Source: Octopus bimaculoides (Eukaryota). From it: 35,443 nucleotides of DNA. The DNA lies in NCBI RefSeq assembly GCF_001194135.2, contig NC_068988.1, positions 8,145,335 through 8,180,777 of the forward strand, written 5' to 3'. Within the stretch, counting starts at the first letter, position 1; every line of letters begins with the position of its first letter. The notes below the pieces were generated by a model. That model was not told the DNA's origin, did not search any database, and saw nothing but the letters and a program-made list of their open reading frames with translations. The translations under genes were made by a program, and so were the position numbers. This document shows positions 1 to 11,042 of the stretch, one piece after another.

Positions 1-30
1 GAATTATTGTCACCAGTTAAATGATGGGGG

Positions 31-340
31 AGGAGGAGGAGAAGAAGAAGAAGAAGAAGAAGAAGAAGAAGAAGAAGAAGAAGAAGAAGAAGAAGAAGAA
101 GAAGAAGAAGAAGAAGAAGAAGATGATGATGATGATGATGAAAAAGAAGAAATATAACAAGAGTTGAAAGAAAACAAAAAGAGGAAGGAAGTGAAGAGGA
201 GGAAAGAGACGAAAAGGAAGGAGGAGGAAGGCAGGACGAGAGGAAGGTGATGGAGGGAAGAAGAAGAAGAAGAAGAAGAAGAAGAAGAAGAAGGAGAAGA
301 AGAAGAAGAAGAAGAAGAAGCAGGAGGAAGAAGAAGAAGT
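31..340. repeat. (GAA)n/(GGA)n/(GAT)n purine-rich trinucleotide microsatellite complex
   Basis: Two long GAA arrays (about 40-121 and 257-340) separated by purine-rich degenerate sequence. Confidence 0.95.
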
Positions 341-764
341 CACGTGCCTTGTGGTCTACGATACTAACTCCTTTAAGTTTTCTGTCAATCGGCATCTTTG
401 GGATTTGCAGATCCCTTCTGTTTTTTCTTTCTTTGTGGCCCCTTACGATACAGTTACCTTAAGCTTGGTTTGGAATAAAATCGTATTAAAAAATTGGTCT
501 TCGAAGTCTCTCTAAATCCTTTGTAAATCTCCTGTGTCCACAGCACGGCTGCTAAAACGGCGGAGAAGGATTGTCCGATTGCAAAGAGATGTCAGTGCTT
601 CTGTGTGTAGTGGTCCACCATAATGTCTTGTGCCAGTACATGAGGTGCAATGACATGACTATAAGAATCATTTAAATCCCTGATGGATAAGAATTTTTTA
701 AACTCAAAACCAAAGAAATTGAACGAAAATACAAAACATCTTACAATTCCGCCAATCAACCAGC

Positions 765-905
765 CTGGATTGCAACTTTATTTATCAACCCCCAAGGGTA
801 TAAAAAGCTAAGTTCACTTCGTCAGAATTTAAACTGAGAACGCAGAAATCCAGAATAAATACTGCAAGACATTCTATCCGTCGCGTCTATCGGCTCCGCC
901 AATTC
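765..905 (-). mobile_element. Degenerate copy of tRNA-derived SINE family B
   Basis: Reverse complement resembles the copies at 3346 and 4034 (gcagagccgatag... agtttaaattctgacgaagtgaacttagc... ggttgataaataaagt); highly diverged. Confidence 0.5.
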
Positions 906-1531
906 TCTATTTATTCCTCTTCTTTAATAAGCCAAGATATAGAAACTGGTTGCCAGCTTATTTGAACGCTTCAGTTATCTCCCATCATACTTATATTTAT
1001 AAACTAGCCACTGTTTGTTCTCCGGATAATTCTACATTTCTACGCGGATACTATCAGACGATGGCTAATGCTCGAAACGTTAAACTGTACACTCCTCGCA
1101 ACAAATGAATTTGTCGAACTCATCTATTGAGCCCTCCTCATAGGAACAAATACTAAGTGAATCAACCCCGTTGTTAAATTCGGTCGGATGAGGGCTCGGG
1201 GGCCATCGATGTCATTCATCACAAACAGATCATGAACGGGCGCGGAGCGGTTTCTAAGTCTGAGGTCCCGGTCCTCAACTATGAGAGAAATTATATTCAA
1301 TTCATACATAAGCAAAATAAAAGAGCAACAGAGTTGAAGATTTAAAGGTTCTTGGTTCAATCTTGAGTTGTATTCTGTTGATGATATTTGTTTTGTTATT
1401 GGACTCGCTACTGAACGAAATTTCCATAATTTGACTGACTTGGTGGGTGACGGTTACAGTATGAGTGGGAGACTTTAATTAGATATATACATATTGACAC
1501 ACAGTCATCATTATAATAAAATTGTTTTGAA

Positions 1532-1665
1532 GCGCCCAGCAAGCAAAATCGTGAGAGCGTAGGGAAAATGTCTGTAGTAGTTCTTTAGTTTTTTTAGTTC
1601 AAATCCTACTTCAGTTAAATTTGCTTTTCATCCCTCTGGGATTGAAAAATGTTCTGTGGTCAACT
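1532..1665 (+). mobile_element. Degenerate copy of SINE family B
   Basis: gcaaaatcgtgagagcg... agttcaaatcc... tttgcttttcatccctctggg matches the family B head and body with many substitutions. Confidence 0.5.
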
Positions 1666-2216
1666 GAGTTCTGTTGAATGATAATTAGACTGTATGGCAC
1701 GTTCGTGCTGGAATGATTTTATTGAAAATCTCTATTGATTAAATTTGGGGAAGTGTTATTGTTAGAAATTATTCATGCATGTCGAGTTTTGTAATTAGAT
1801 GTGTGTGTTTAGATATGTCATCTTCTGGTCATAGGAGTTCATAAAAAAATGTATTTAGGCTGTTGGCCAGCAGATCTTTTCTCTTGGTTTTGTTGTTGTA
1901 GGTTTTATTCAGATACAAATAGGGTATTTACCATTTGTTTTGAGAATGTGAAGGTTAAATCTTAGAGTTCATCAGCCCAGCATTTTAACCTTTGTAATTA
2001 GGTGTGATTACTGGGTTTGTCAACTTTTAACTGATTGGTATTTAAGGTTCACAAAAGAATGTAAATAGGTATTAAGGTTTAGTTATTTAGCAAGTTGGAT
2101 TTTTTAAGGGTTTTCACCTGCTTACATAGAGAGAGTCTTGGTTATCACTTAAGCGTGTCACAGTGGTATAAGTATGGAAAATTTGTTAATTAAATATTTT
2201 AAAGTTCACAAGTATA

Positions 2217-2634
2217 GGCGTAGGAGTGGCTGTGTGGTAAATAGCTTTCTTACCAACCGCATGGTTCTGGGTTCATTCCCACTGCGTGGCACCCTCGGGC
2301 CGACCTAAGCCTTGTGAGTGGATTTGGTAGACGGAAACTGAAATGAGCCTGTCGTATATATGCATATGTATATATGTATATGTGTGTATATGTTTGTGTG
2401 TCTGTGTTTGCCCCCCCACACACACACACACACAACATCGCTTGACAACCGATGGTGGTGTGTTTATGTCCCCGTAACATTAACGGTTCGGCAAAAATAG
2501 ACCGATAGAATAAGTACTCGGCTTACAAAGAATAAGTCCTGGGGTCGATTTGCTCGACTAAAGGCGGTGCTCCAGCATGGCCGTAGTCAAATGACTGAAA
2601 CAAGTAAAAAAAATAAAGAGAGAGAGTAAAGAGT
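2217..2634 (+). mobile_element. tRNA-derived SINE family A (bipartite, with internal TA/TG/CA microsatellite)
   Basis: A-box-like TGGCTGTGTGG, B-box-like GGTTCATTCCC, internal microsatellite, 3' module ggggtcgatttgctcgactaaaggcggtgctccagcatggcc and (GAGTAAA)-like tail. Similar copies at 11312, 16480, 22200, 30076 and 33118. Confidence 0.9.
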
Positions 2635-3283
2635 ATTGGGACTGGTATAATCATCCACAACGCCACACCCTTCAAAATTTGGGGGCCTTACCCCTAAGCT
2701 GGAAACAATTTCAAAATCGTTTCCTTTCTACAGCTCATAATTCTTAGTAACATCTTTTTAAAGTTCCCTGAGTTTTGTATTTGAACTTAGCTATTGTTTT
2801 TCATGCAGACGATGTCCTTGAGCTATTTATTTTCTATCAAGAATTTGTGCTGTAAAAGGAGAAATAGCTGGTGCATAGATCATCGTTAAACCTATTTGTT
2901 GAATTTATGCTAATTTGTATCTGACAGTGTGTTTGTAAAAGCCAGCGAGCGTGTGTGTATGTGAGTAAGTTGCGTGTAAATGCATATGTGTGTGTGTGGA
3001 GGTGTATGTGTGTGTGTTGGAGGTATGTGTGACGTTCTTTATTTTGGGTTCTTTCTGATCATGTCGAACACGTGTATGAACGTTGAATTTTTTTACAGAG
3101 AAAAATCTTCTGTAATTCGTGCGTGTGAGATGTGATGTGTACAATNNNNNNNNNNATAATCACAACAGGAAAACATAAAACAATATCTTTCAGCTATTTT
3201 TTCTAGCTTGTTTTTTTTTTATAGCCGAATAGAGATGAGTCGTGCGATAATGTTTTTCATGTATAATAATACGAATTTTTCTA

Positions 3284-3345
3284 TCATCATCATCATCATC
3301 ATCATCATCATTAGTAGTAGTAGTTGTAGTAGTAGTATTCTTATT
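3284..3345. repeat. (CAT)n-(TAG)n compound microsatellite
   Basis: Seen directly. Confidence 0.9.
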
Positions 3346-3545
3346 AAGGTGGTGACCTGGCAGAATCGTTAACACACCGGGCAAAATTTCGTCGCTATGT
3401 TCAGAGTTCAAATTCAGCCGGGGTCGATTTTGTCTTTCATCCTTTGGAGGTCCATAAATTTATTACCAGTGCAACACTGAGGTCGATATAATCGACGTAT
3501 CCCCTCCCACAAAATCTCAGACCTTGTGGCTATAAGAGAAAGGGC
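3346..3545 (+). mobile_element. tRNA-derived SINE family B
   Basis: A-box TGGCAGAATCG, B-box GAGTTCAAATTC, body ggggtcgattttgtctttcatcc... accagtgcaacactgaggtcgat; about 80% similar by eye to 4034-4245 and 19866-20099. Confidence 0.85.
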
Positions 3546-3548
3546 TAC

Positions 3549-3965
3549 TATTATTATTATTATTATTATTATTGTTATTTACTTTTAATCTACATGTTTG
3601 TTACAATCACTTGCCGAGACACACCCAGCGTCCTAGGGCGAGTGAAGGATAAGAGATGTTACATTATGACTGAAAGCTTGCCGAGGGCAAGTGACAAGGG
3701 CAGTAGTGAAATATATTCATGTAATACAACACAAACATTTAAATCGATAGGGTTTTTCTAAGGATGTGGGCAATACTTGTCAGCACAATCTTTTGGGTTT
3801 CTCTGAGACATGGTTCTCCTGAGATGTTATCTAGATGTTTCTGACATCCCTTTCAAATCATAGCAAGGAGACACACAATAACAGGATCATTTCTCGTTTT
3901 TAGATGCCACATCTTTTGTATTTCAATTTCTAGATCCTTATATTTACTTAATTTGTCTTCTTGCT
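3549..3965 (-). mobile_element. 3' end of an R4/Dong-like non-LTR retrotransposon (C-terminus of the restriction-like endonuclease region, 3' UTR and (TAA)n tail)
   Basis: Minus-strand translation LSKYKDLEIEIQKMWHLK / VIVCLLAMI*KGCQKHLDNISGEPCLRETQKIVLTSIAHILRKTLSI* resembles the R4-clade C-terminus; frameshift and internal stop; ends in (AAT)n at 3549-3575. Confidence 0.75.
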
Positions 3966-3991
3966 GTTGTTGTTGTTGCTGCTGCTGCTGC

Positions 3992-4033
<42 letters not shown>
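3965..4033. repeat. (TTG)n/(CTG)n microsatellite
   Basis: Seen directly. Confidence 0.95.
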
Positions 4034-4034
<1 letters not shown>

Positions 4035-4245
4035 AAGGCGACGAACTGGCAGAATCGTTAACACGCCGGACAAAAGGCTTAGCGGCATTTCGTCCGTCTT
4101 TACGTTGTGAGTTCAGATTCTGCTGAGGTCGACTTTGCCTTTCATCCTTTCTGGGTCGATAAAATAAGTACCAGTGAAACACTGGGGTCGATTTAATCGA
4201 CTTACCCTCTCCCCTGAAATTTCTGCCCTTGTGCCAAAATATATA
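4034..4245 (+). mobile_element. tRNA-derived SINE family B
   Basis: taaggcgacgaactggcagaatcgttaacacgccgg... gagttcagattc... gtcgactttgcctttcatcc... aagtaccagtgaaacactggggtcgat. Confidence 0.9.
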
Positions 4246-4531
4246 TATAAAGAAAGAGAGAGTGTGACAAACATTGGTAAAGAGAAATAATGAGTGCAAA
4301 TAAGAATATATTATGGAAGTCAGAAAAGAAAACTTTTTCAAGAGGAAAAAAAGGAAATAAAGAAGAGAAAAATACATATGTAATGGAGAAATTTTATGGA
4401 ATGAGAGGGGAGCAGACAAAACAGGGGAGAATTCTTATGTTGTGAGAATCTCCAAAAAGAATAATCTTCAGCTATGCAAAGCTTTTATGAAAATTAGGTT
4501 TGTTGCAATGAACCAACTTCGTTTTTTTTTT

Positions 4532-4535
<4 letters not shown>

Positions 4536-4562
<27 letters not shown>

Positions 4563-4622
4563 AAGTGCTTTGTTGCTTTGCTGTATCTCTAGGCGAGACT
4601 AAAAACGAATAAGCCAATGTAT

Positions 4623-4681
<59 letters not shown>

Positions 4682-5075
4682 CGTATAAGTACACATAAGC
4701 ATATGTAATTACGTACACACGTGTATGTATAAATATATATGTCTACACACACACATACACATACATGCGTATATATACATATATATATAGTATACCATAT
4801 CATATATTATATTACATATATATATACATCCATATATTTATGTTTGTGCGTATACACATAGATGAATATATCTGTGTCGTACATACATCACAAATACATA
4901 CAAACACACACACACTTGCACACGCACACGCACATGCACACACATACTCACACACGCATACACACACACACACACACACATACTTATATACACCCAGACA
5001 TACGTCTTACTTTCAGCTAGACCTTCTAACGACACATATGAATGCACACACACACATACACACAACCATACACAG
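4536..5075. repeat. Compound microsatellite field: (TG)n, (AGAT)n at 4622-4682, (TA)n, (CA)n
   Basis: Seen directly. Confidence 0.9.
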
Positions 5076-5367
5076 TTTCAAATAGAATTCCCCGCCTCTT
5101 CATAACTCTACACCGCACAAAGCGACACCGCGACCGCCATCACGCGCCTGATGGCACCATCATCACAGTCTTGTAGCAGACATTGAAACTCAACCGAAAT
5201 AGAATACAAGATAATAATTGATTCACTTACAAGAAACGGTCTTCGAGATATTCTTCAGGTTTGTCTCCAACATTTTTATTTATTGGTTTACATACACATA
5301 TACAAAAGATATATTTATATAAATGTATGTATATGCATATATACATATATATACATATAAATATATA

Positions 5368-5401
<34 letters not shown>

Positions 5402-5404
<3 letters not shown>

Positions 5405-5692
5405 AGGCGCCATGGCCCAGTGGCTAGGGCAGCGGACTTGCGGTCGGAGGATCGCGGTTTCGATTCCCAGACTGGGCGTTGTGTGTGTTTATTGAGCGAA
5501 AACACCTAAAGCCCCACGAGGCTCTGACAGGGGATAGTGGCGACCCAATTTTCTCTCACTCTTTCTTCTTGTTTCTTCAGTAACGCTGCGATGGACTGGC
5601 GTCCCGTCTAGCTGGTGGCGGGGACACATACGTCACAGAAACCGGGAAACCGGGCCCATGAGCCTGGCTAAGCTTTAAAAAGGACGCATAAA
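5402..5692 (+). mobile_element. Chimeric tRNA-derived SINE (family C head joined to family E tail)
   Basis: 5402-about 5575 matches the head of 14213-14600; taacgctgcgatggactggcgtcccgtc... catgagcctggctaagctttaaaa matches the tail of 20628-20882. Confidence 0.85.
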
Positions 5693-5709
5693 TAATATAT
5701 ATATATACA

Positions 5710-5745
<36 letters not shown>

Positions 5746-5855
5746 TATTAACATAGACCATGAAATATATACACGTATATACGTGTTTATCTTTCTGAAT
5801 ATATATATATATGGGTGTGTGTAGTAAATGAAAGACGGAGCATGGAATATATATA

Positions 5856-6205
5856 CAGGATGCGTTGAAGAAACTGTCGTTTAAATTACGCAAAAATAAA
5901 AATAACACTGACATCCAATTTTAAGAGATATATTTAACAGAATTATATTAAAATATCTTGAAATTCTAAAGAGTAAATTTATTCAATAAAATCGCCATTG
6001 GCTTCAACCACGGCCTTCAGACGACTTTGGAATCTCCTGTAACTCTTCTGGACTGTCTCCTTGCTTAAGTTAGGGAATGCTGTCATAATCCTTGACTTAA
6101 GTTCATCTTTGGTGTTGCAAGAATTTTTGCTGGTCTCTTGCTCAACTGCGCCCCACACATGATAATCAAGGGAGTTGCAGTGTGGAAGATTGAAAAGGAA
6201 CACAT
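5856..6205 (-). mobile_element. Tc1/mariner-superfamily (maT/DD37D-like) transposon, 3' remnant
   Basis: ORF 5979-6203: PHCNSLDYHVWGAVEQETSK...KDELKSRIMTAF...RRFQSRLKAVVEANGDFIE matches the SPDLNPLDYxxW...RL.AVV.A.G C-terminus; terminus TA|CAGGATG at 5854-5862. Confidence 0.85.
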
Positions 6206-6230
6206 GAGTTGATATTTATGGAAAAAAGTC

Positions 6231-6374
6231 AAGGTAGAAAAATTCGGTACCGGTTTCAGTCATTGAGACTGTTTCACCTGTAAGTATGGAACATACTTAC
6301 AGTAGAAAAAATCTCAATTACTGAAACCGGTACTGAAATTTTTTTTATAAAATAAATTTAGCATTTTCTACCTT
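6231..6374. mobile_element. About 144-bp nested palindromic element (MITE-like)
   Basis: AAGGTAGAAAA/TTTTCTACCTT ends, 22-bp inner arms with one mismatch, central 11-bp perfect stem around GAA. Confidence 0.7.
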
Positions 6375-6644
6375 AGTTTTTTTTTCATATATATATATAT
6401 ATATANNNNNNNNNNNNNNNNNNNNNNNNNNNNNNNNNNNNNNNNNNNNNNNNNNNNNNNNNNNNNNNNNNNNNNNNNNNNNNNNNNNNNNNNNNNNNNN
6501 NNNNNNNNNNNNNNNNNNNNNNNNNNNNNNNNNNNNNNNNNNNNNNNNNNNNNNNNNNNNNNNNNNNNNNNNNNNNNNNNNNNNNNNNNNNNNNNNNNNN
6601 NNNNNNNNNNNNNNNNNNNNNNNNNNNNNNNNNNNNNNNNNNNN

Positions 6645-6692
<48 letters not shown>

Positions 6693-6695
6693 CAG

Positions 6696-7170
6696 AGTAA
6701 TCACTCGCCATATCCTGGTTCACCTATCGCGCCCTCGGTACATTGCTGATTTTTCTGGCTAATCTATGTAAATTTATATTGCAGACTCCTCAGTATATCG
6801 CGGGTATCTGCGACCGATAGGTATTTATATTTTTTTAAATTTTAATTATTTCTGTGGTAAAATAAGCATCCTCACACCTAAAAATCAATAAATTAATGAA
6901 TAAAAATAGAGCACAGTATTGTACTATATAACATTAATTAAAATATATTAAAAGAAAATACGTAGAGTAACGTAAATGAGTAAATAAAGAATCGCACATA
7001 CTGTATGGAAAACGAAACTTCTAAGAGTTTATAAAAGCTTAAATATATAAAAATAATAATATAAATGTACACAACTTATAAAAATATTTTTTTAAATAAA
7101 CAATACAGTACTGTTTCTACTTATCGCGGGGTATTTTGGGACGTAGCAACCGCGATAGTCGAGGGATATA
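6696..7170. mobile_element. Tigger/pogo-like MITE remnant
   Basis: Imperfect inverted ends agtaatcactcgccatatcctggtt / aaccgcgatagtcgagggatat around an AT-rich core, in a TA-rich context. Confidence 0.5.
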
Positions 7171-7351
7171 TATATCTATATATTGTTGTAAAGCGGTATT
7201 TTGCCACTGTTGTATGAAAATATGTATGTGTGTAAATATATGTATGTTCAAGTATGTATGAGTAGATACGCACACACACATACATACACACACACACACA
7301 CATATATGCACATATCTACTCATACATACTTGAACATATATATATATATAT

Positions 7352-7388
<37 letters not shown>

Positions 7389-7599
7389 TATGTGTCTGTG
7401 TGTGCATATATATATTTATAATACATGTGCATGTGTTGTATGCATATAGATGTGTGTGTATGTCTGTCTGTTTGTATGTATGTATGTATGTATGTATGTA
7501 TCATTCGGCACGATAGCGACAACAGTTACCTATTATGAAAATCAGAATTCCCGCACAGACAGTATTTTTAATATAGAGACATATATGTATATTTACATG

Positions 7600-7633
<34 letters not shown>

Positions 7634-7664
7634 AAGAAAAGTCCACAATATATATATATCAGTA

Positions 7665-7707
<43 letters not shown>

Positions 7708-7830
7708 CAACATTATCATTATTATTTGTTATTATTGTTGTTATTGTTATTATTATTGTTGTTGCTGCTATTGTTATTAGCATTTTTGTTGTTGTTATAA
7801 TTATTATTATTTTATTATTGTTGTTGTTGC

Positions 7831-7894
<64 letters not shown>

Positions 7895-8001
7895 TTCTGA
7901 TTTATTTGCATTTTATTTCATCTTCCGACCGGGTCTCAACCAGAGACCTAAGGCACGTATACATTAGATGCAGAGAAACTTCATGAGAATGTGGCCGGTT
8001 G

Positions 8002-8054
<53 letters not shown>

Positions 8055-8075
8055 TACTATCATCATCATCATTAT
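7665..8075. repeat. (ATT)n/(GTT)n microsatellite field interrupted by a retroelement 3' fragment
   Basis: Seen directly. Confidence 0.95.
7895..8001 (-). mobile_element. Short 5'-truncated non-LTR 3'-end fragment embedded in (TAA)n (possibly R4/Dong-like)
   Basis: About 105 bp of non-repetitive sequence (taggtctctggttgagacccggtcggaagatgaaataaaatgcaaataaatcagaa) running into (AAT)n and flanked by ATT arrays on both sides. Confidence 0.45.
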
Positions 8076-8394
8076 TATATGACAGTATATTATAATATAT
8101 GAATGTCTGTATGTGTATGTATCTGGGTATATGTTTATGTGTAAGGTAAATAGGGCTTACATTTCTGAACTATGATTTCATGCAATCATTTTTCCTTGTT
8201 TTTGTTTTTTTTTCTTTCGTGGTTTTTTGTTTGTATTTTGCTTGTTTTTTTTGTTGTTTTTTTTTTGTTTGTTTGTTCGATTAATCTAAAAAAAAAAGAT
8301 TAATATTCATAATATCTATTACTCAGCGTTTTCAAGTAATCAATTATTGATTGCCATACGAAGATGACCTGTCTTGAAACTCCTGGGGAAATAC

Positions 8395-8488
8395 CTTCGG
8401 TATAAAACACAGCACTATCAAGTGGCCGATGACAAGCAAAAAAGTCAAGGAGACACCAACAGCTGGCAACCGATTGAAATACCAGGAA
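8395..8488 (-). CDS. Candidate internal exon D of an unidentified gene; encodes a transmembrane-like segment SWYFNRLPAVGVSLTFLLVIGHLIVLCFIPK
   Basis: Acceptor taatatttcag, donor AAG|GTATTT, 94 bp, phase 2 to 0, in frame with candidate exon 15273-15401; about 22 hydrophobic residues in a row. Confidence 0.45.
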
Positions 8489-8849
8489 CTGAAATATTAT
8501 AAGTGTATAAGCTACAAGCATTTTTAGTTTTGGATTCGGATTGCGAGATTTTTAATTGGAATACGTGTGCTGGAACAGATTGTGTTATCTCTCGGGAGGT
8601 TCGTTATACCGATAATAAACACATGCTCAGGCTCTATTTCACTTCTTTATTATTCGCTCATTGGTTAAGTATTTAACCAAGTAACTAATCGATTGCTTGA
8701 TTAATCACTTGGTGAATCAATCAATTAATTACGTTTGACCTAGTTCTTTCGTCGTCATTCGTGACCTCATCAATGATATGCCTTCTCGATCCCAAGTCAG
8801 CTTCAATTCTGTCTGTCTGTCTTTTAATTTTATGTAAAACCAGTAACGT

Positions 8850-9205
8850 AACACAAAATTTTCTTTCTTTAATCAGGAAATATAATCCAAACGGCCTGAG
8901 TTTCAACAAGAATAACACAAATATAAGCTACGGCTGCGTGTAAAACAACTTAATGGATATTAATATCTACAACGCAAAAATATTACAAACTCAGAGCAAA
9001 AGAAACCAACATCTAATTCTCAAATAAAGAACTTTGCCCTTAAAAGCATCATATGTCGGCTGATATCTCGATCAGCAATACGTTAAGATATATAGCTCAA
9101 AGAGCAGCCCTGTTAGCGGGCGTGCACCAGCACAAGAGTTCTTTCGGTTATCAGCATTTGAAGAAAACCACAGCACTTTCGAAGTATATTTGGAAATTAA
9201 AAGTT
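8850..9205 (+). mobile_element. Penelope-like element remnant (RT-to-GIY-YIG linker and GIY-YIG C-terminal part)
   Basis: FLSLIRKYNP...FNKNNTNISYGCV resembles FLKLIDKHFP...FNRNTIKISYSCM; HQHKSSFGYQHLKKTTALSKYIWKLK resembles HK.SF...K....T.LSKYIW.LK; stops and frameshifts between them. Confidence 0.8.
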
Positions 9206-9359
9206 TATGTGTTGTCTATTACTTGAGCGATATAGAAACGTAATTCAGCCTCTACTCATTCCTCTCGAAGGTCACTTTAAGAGGTGAAAAGGAGTTACAT
9301 ATATAGATAGAGGGATAAGTAAATAGATTTATATGTATGTACGTGGGTATGTAGTTTTT

Positions 9360-9390
<31 letters not shown>

Positions 9391-9399
9391 CGCGCGCAT

Positions 9400-9472
9400 A
9401 ATGTACCAACCGATTCAGAAACTGAAACCACGACCTTGCAATCATGACTACAACACTCTAACCACAAAGCCA
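9400..9472 (-). mobile_element. Degenerate tRNA-like SINE head (family E/C)
   Basis: Reverse complement tggctttgtggttagagtgttgtagtcatgattgcaaggtcgtggtttcagtttc resembles 20628-20700. Confidence 0.6.
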
Positions 9473-9790
9473 TATATATATATTATCCTCCATTTTCTAA
9501 TTGTTACACAAATTTTGGGTAAAACCTCCACTTTTACCCGCTCCCATTGATTGCACCTAGTATAGCACTAGTGTAGCAATAATTGGGTACCCTCCCAGCA
9601 GTATACTGGATAGATACTATCCCTTAGTGGGTTGTACCCCCAACCCCTAACTCTCTCACGTTATATATATNNNNNNNNNNNNNNNNNNNNNNNNNNNNNN
9701 NNNNNNNNNNNNNNNNNNNNNNNNNNNNNNNNNNNNNNNNNNNNNNNNNNNNNNNNNNTGTATGTATGTATGTATGTATATGTATGTATA

Positions 9791-10952
9791 CCGTATATAC
9801 TCGTGTAAAAGTCGAGTGTTTTAGACCATTTTTAAGGTCAAATATAAGGGGTCGACTATTGCGTGGATGCTACTTCTGAGGGGCTGAAATTCAAGGTAGA
9901 ATCTGAAATACCGTATCAGCAGCAACAGCAAAAGCCCAACTAATCTCTAAGCGAATAAAAACAAAAGCACGATGAATTACAGTAATATTAGCAATTCTCT
10001 GAATCAAAATTCGCGTCCTAGTAAATAACAAAACCCATAAACAAGACCGCGTAGCTCTCATGTGCAGTTACCACTAAACGTCCATAATGTGGTGGTGTAG
10101 AGTTGTTAATCTGGAGTAGGGATTCCCAAGGTGTGTTCTGCAAAACCCTAGGGTTCCCTGAAAGTTATCAAGGGTTCCAAGTTTTTAAAGATAATGTCGA
10201 AGGATTCTGCGGCAAATAAGAGTTTCGGAACCACTGACTTAGCGATTAAGTAAACGTGTTTTTAGGCTTACCAAAGTCATGCCTCCGTACGAATTCATAC
10301 AATGGTGTTTGCTGTTGTTTGCCGATAGTGTTGTCTGTAAAACATGTTTCTCACTATGGAAACAGACGATCGTATGACGCATGTGTTTATTGTATTTGGA
10401 GATGAGAAAAATATAAAGGTCGCATGGAACCCACTGATCTAGCGATTAATTCAATGCTTTTAGGCTTACCAAAGTCATGACTTTGTACGAATTCAGACAG
10501 TGGCGTTTGCCAGTGTTTGCCAATAGTGATGTCTGTGAAACACGTTTCTCACCATGTAAACAACGAGTGTATGAGGTATGTCTTTATTGAAGATGTATGC
10601 AGGTTTGCTGCATATTCTGTACATATATTTTAGTAATGGGGACGTAGCACCCATCAACAGATGTGTAGTGCTCGCCATTAAATGATGTTTTACTATAAGC
10701 ACCGAGCATTCCATTATAAGCACCAAGCATTCCACCTATAGAGCAGGCTACAGTAAGGTAGCCACACAGTTTTGTAACAGTGTTATTTCTACGTACAGAA
10801 TAACACGGAACCTTAACCCACAAATGCTGTCCTGTTGTTCGTGAAATACTTGGGTTGACTTTTATACGGATCTATGGAAATTTCCCAATTTCTTGGCCAA
10901 AAATAGGTGCTTGACTTTTACATAACCTCGACTATTACTCGAGTATATACGG
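9791..10952. mobile_element. Non-autonomous Tc2/pogo-type DNA transposon with both TIRs
   Basis: TA|CCGTATATACTCGTGTAAAAGTCGAG ... CTCGACTATTACTCGAGTATATACGG|TA; TA target duplication; CCGTATAT terminus is typical of Tc2-like elements; no transposase recognised inside. Confidence 0.85.
10117..10236. mobile_element. hAT (Charlie-like) MITE nested in the Tc2-like element
   Basis: Ends TAGGGATTCCCAA / TTCGGAACCACTG resemble CAGnGGTTCCCAA hAT TIRs; internal aaaccctagggttcc motif; 8-bp TSD only partly retained. Confidence 0.55.
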
Positions 10953-11042
10953 TATATATATACATAAACCAAATGAGAAGACAGACTTTAACACATCCTT
11001 CCTGATCGGTTACAATTGTTTATATACTAACTCTGCTTTTAA

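Noticed and set aside
1055-1081. Hammerhead-like CAGACGA...GAAACGTT
   Set aside because: The core has a mismatch, stem II is weak and stem I does not form. It may be a decayed Penelope terminus but is not supportable.
1370-2200. Highly decayed LINE on the minus strand
   Set aside because: Strand-biased composition suggests it, but no diagnostic motif could be read.
5228-5280. GTAAGT donor with a short upstream ORF on the minus strand
   Set aside because: No acceptor or promoter context (it abuts a microsatellite and SINE), and the next acceptor is only 42-61 nt away.
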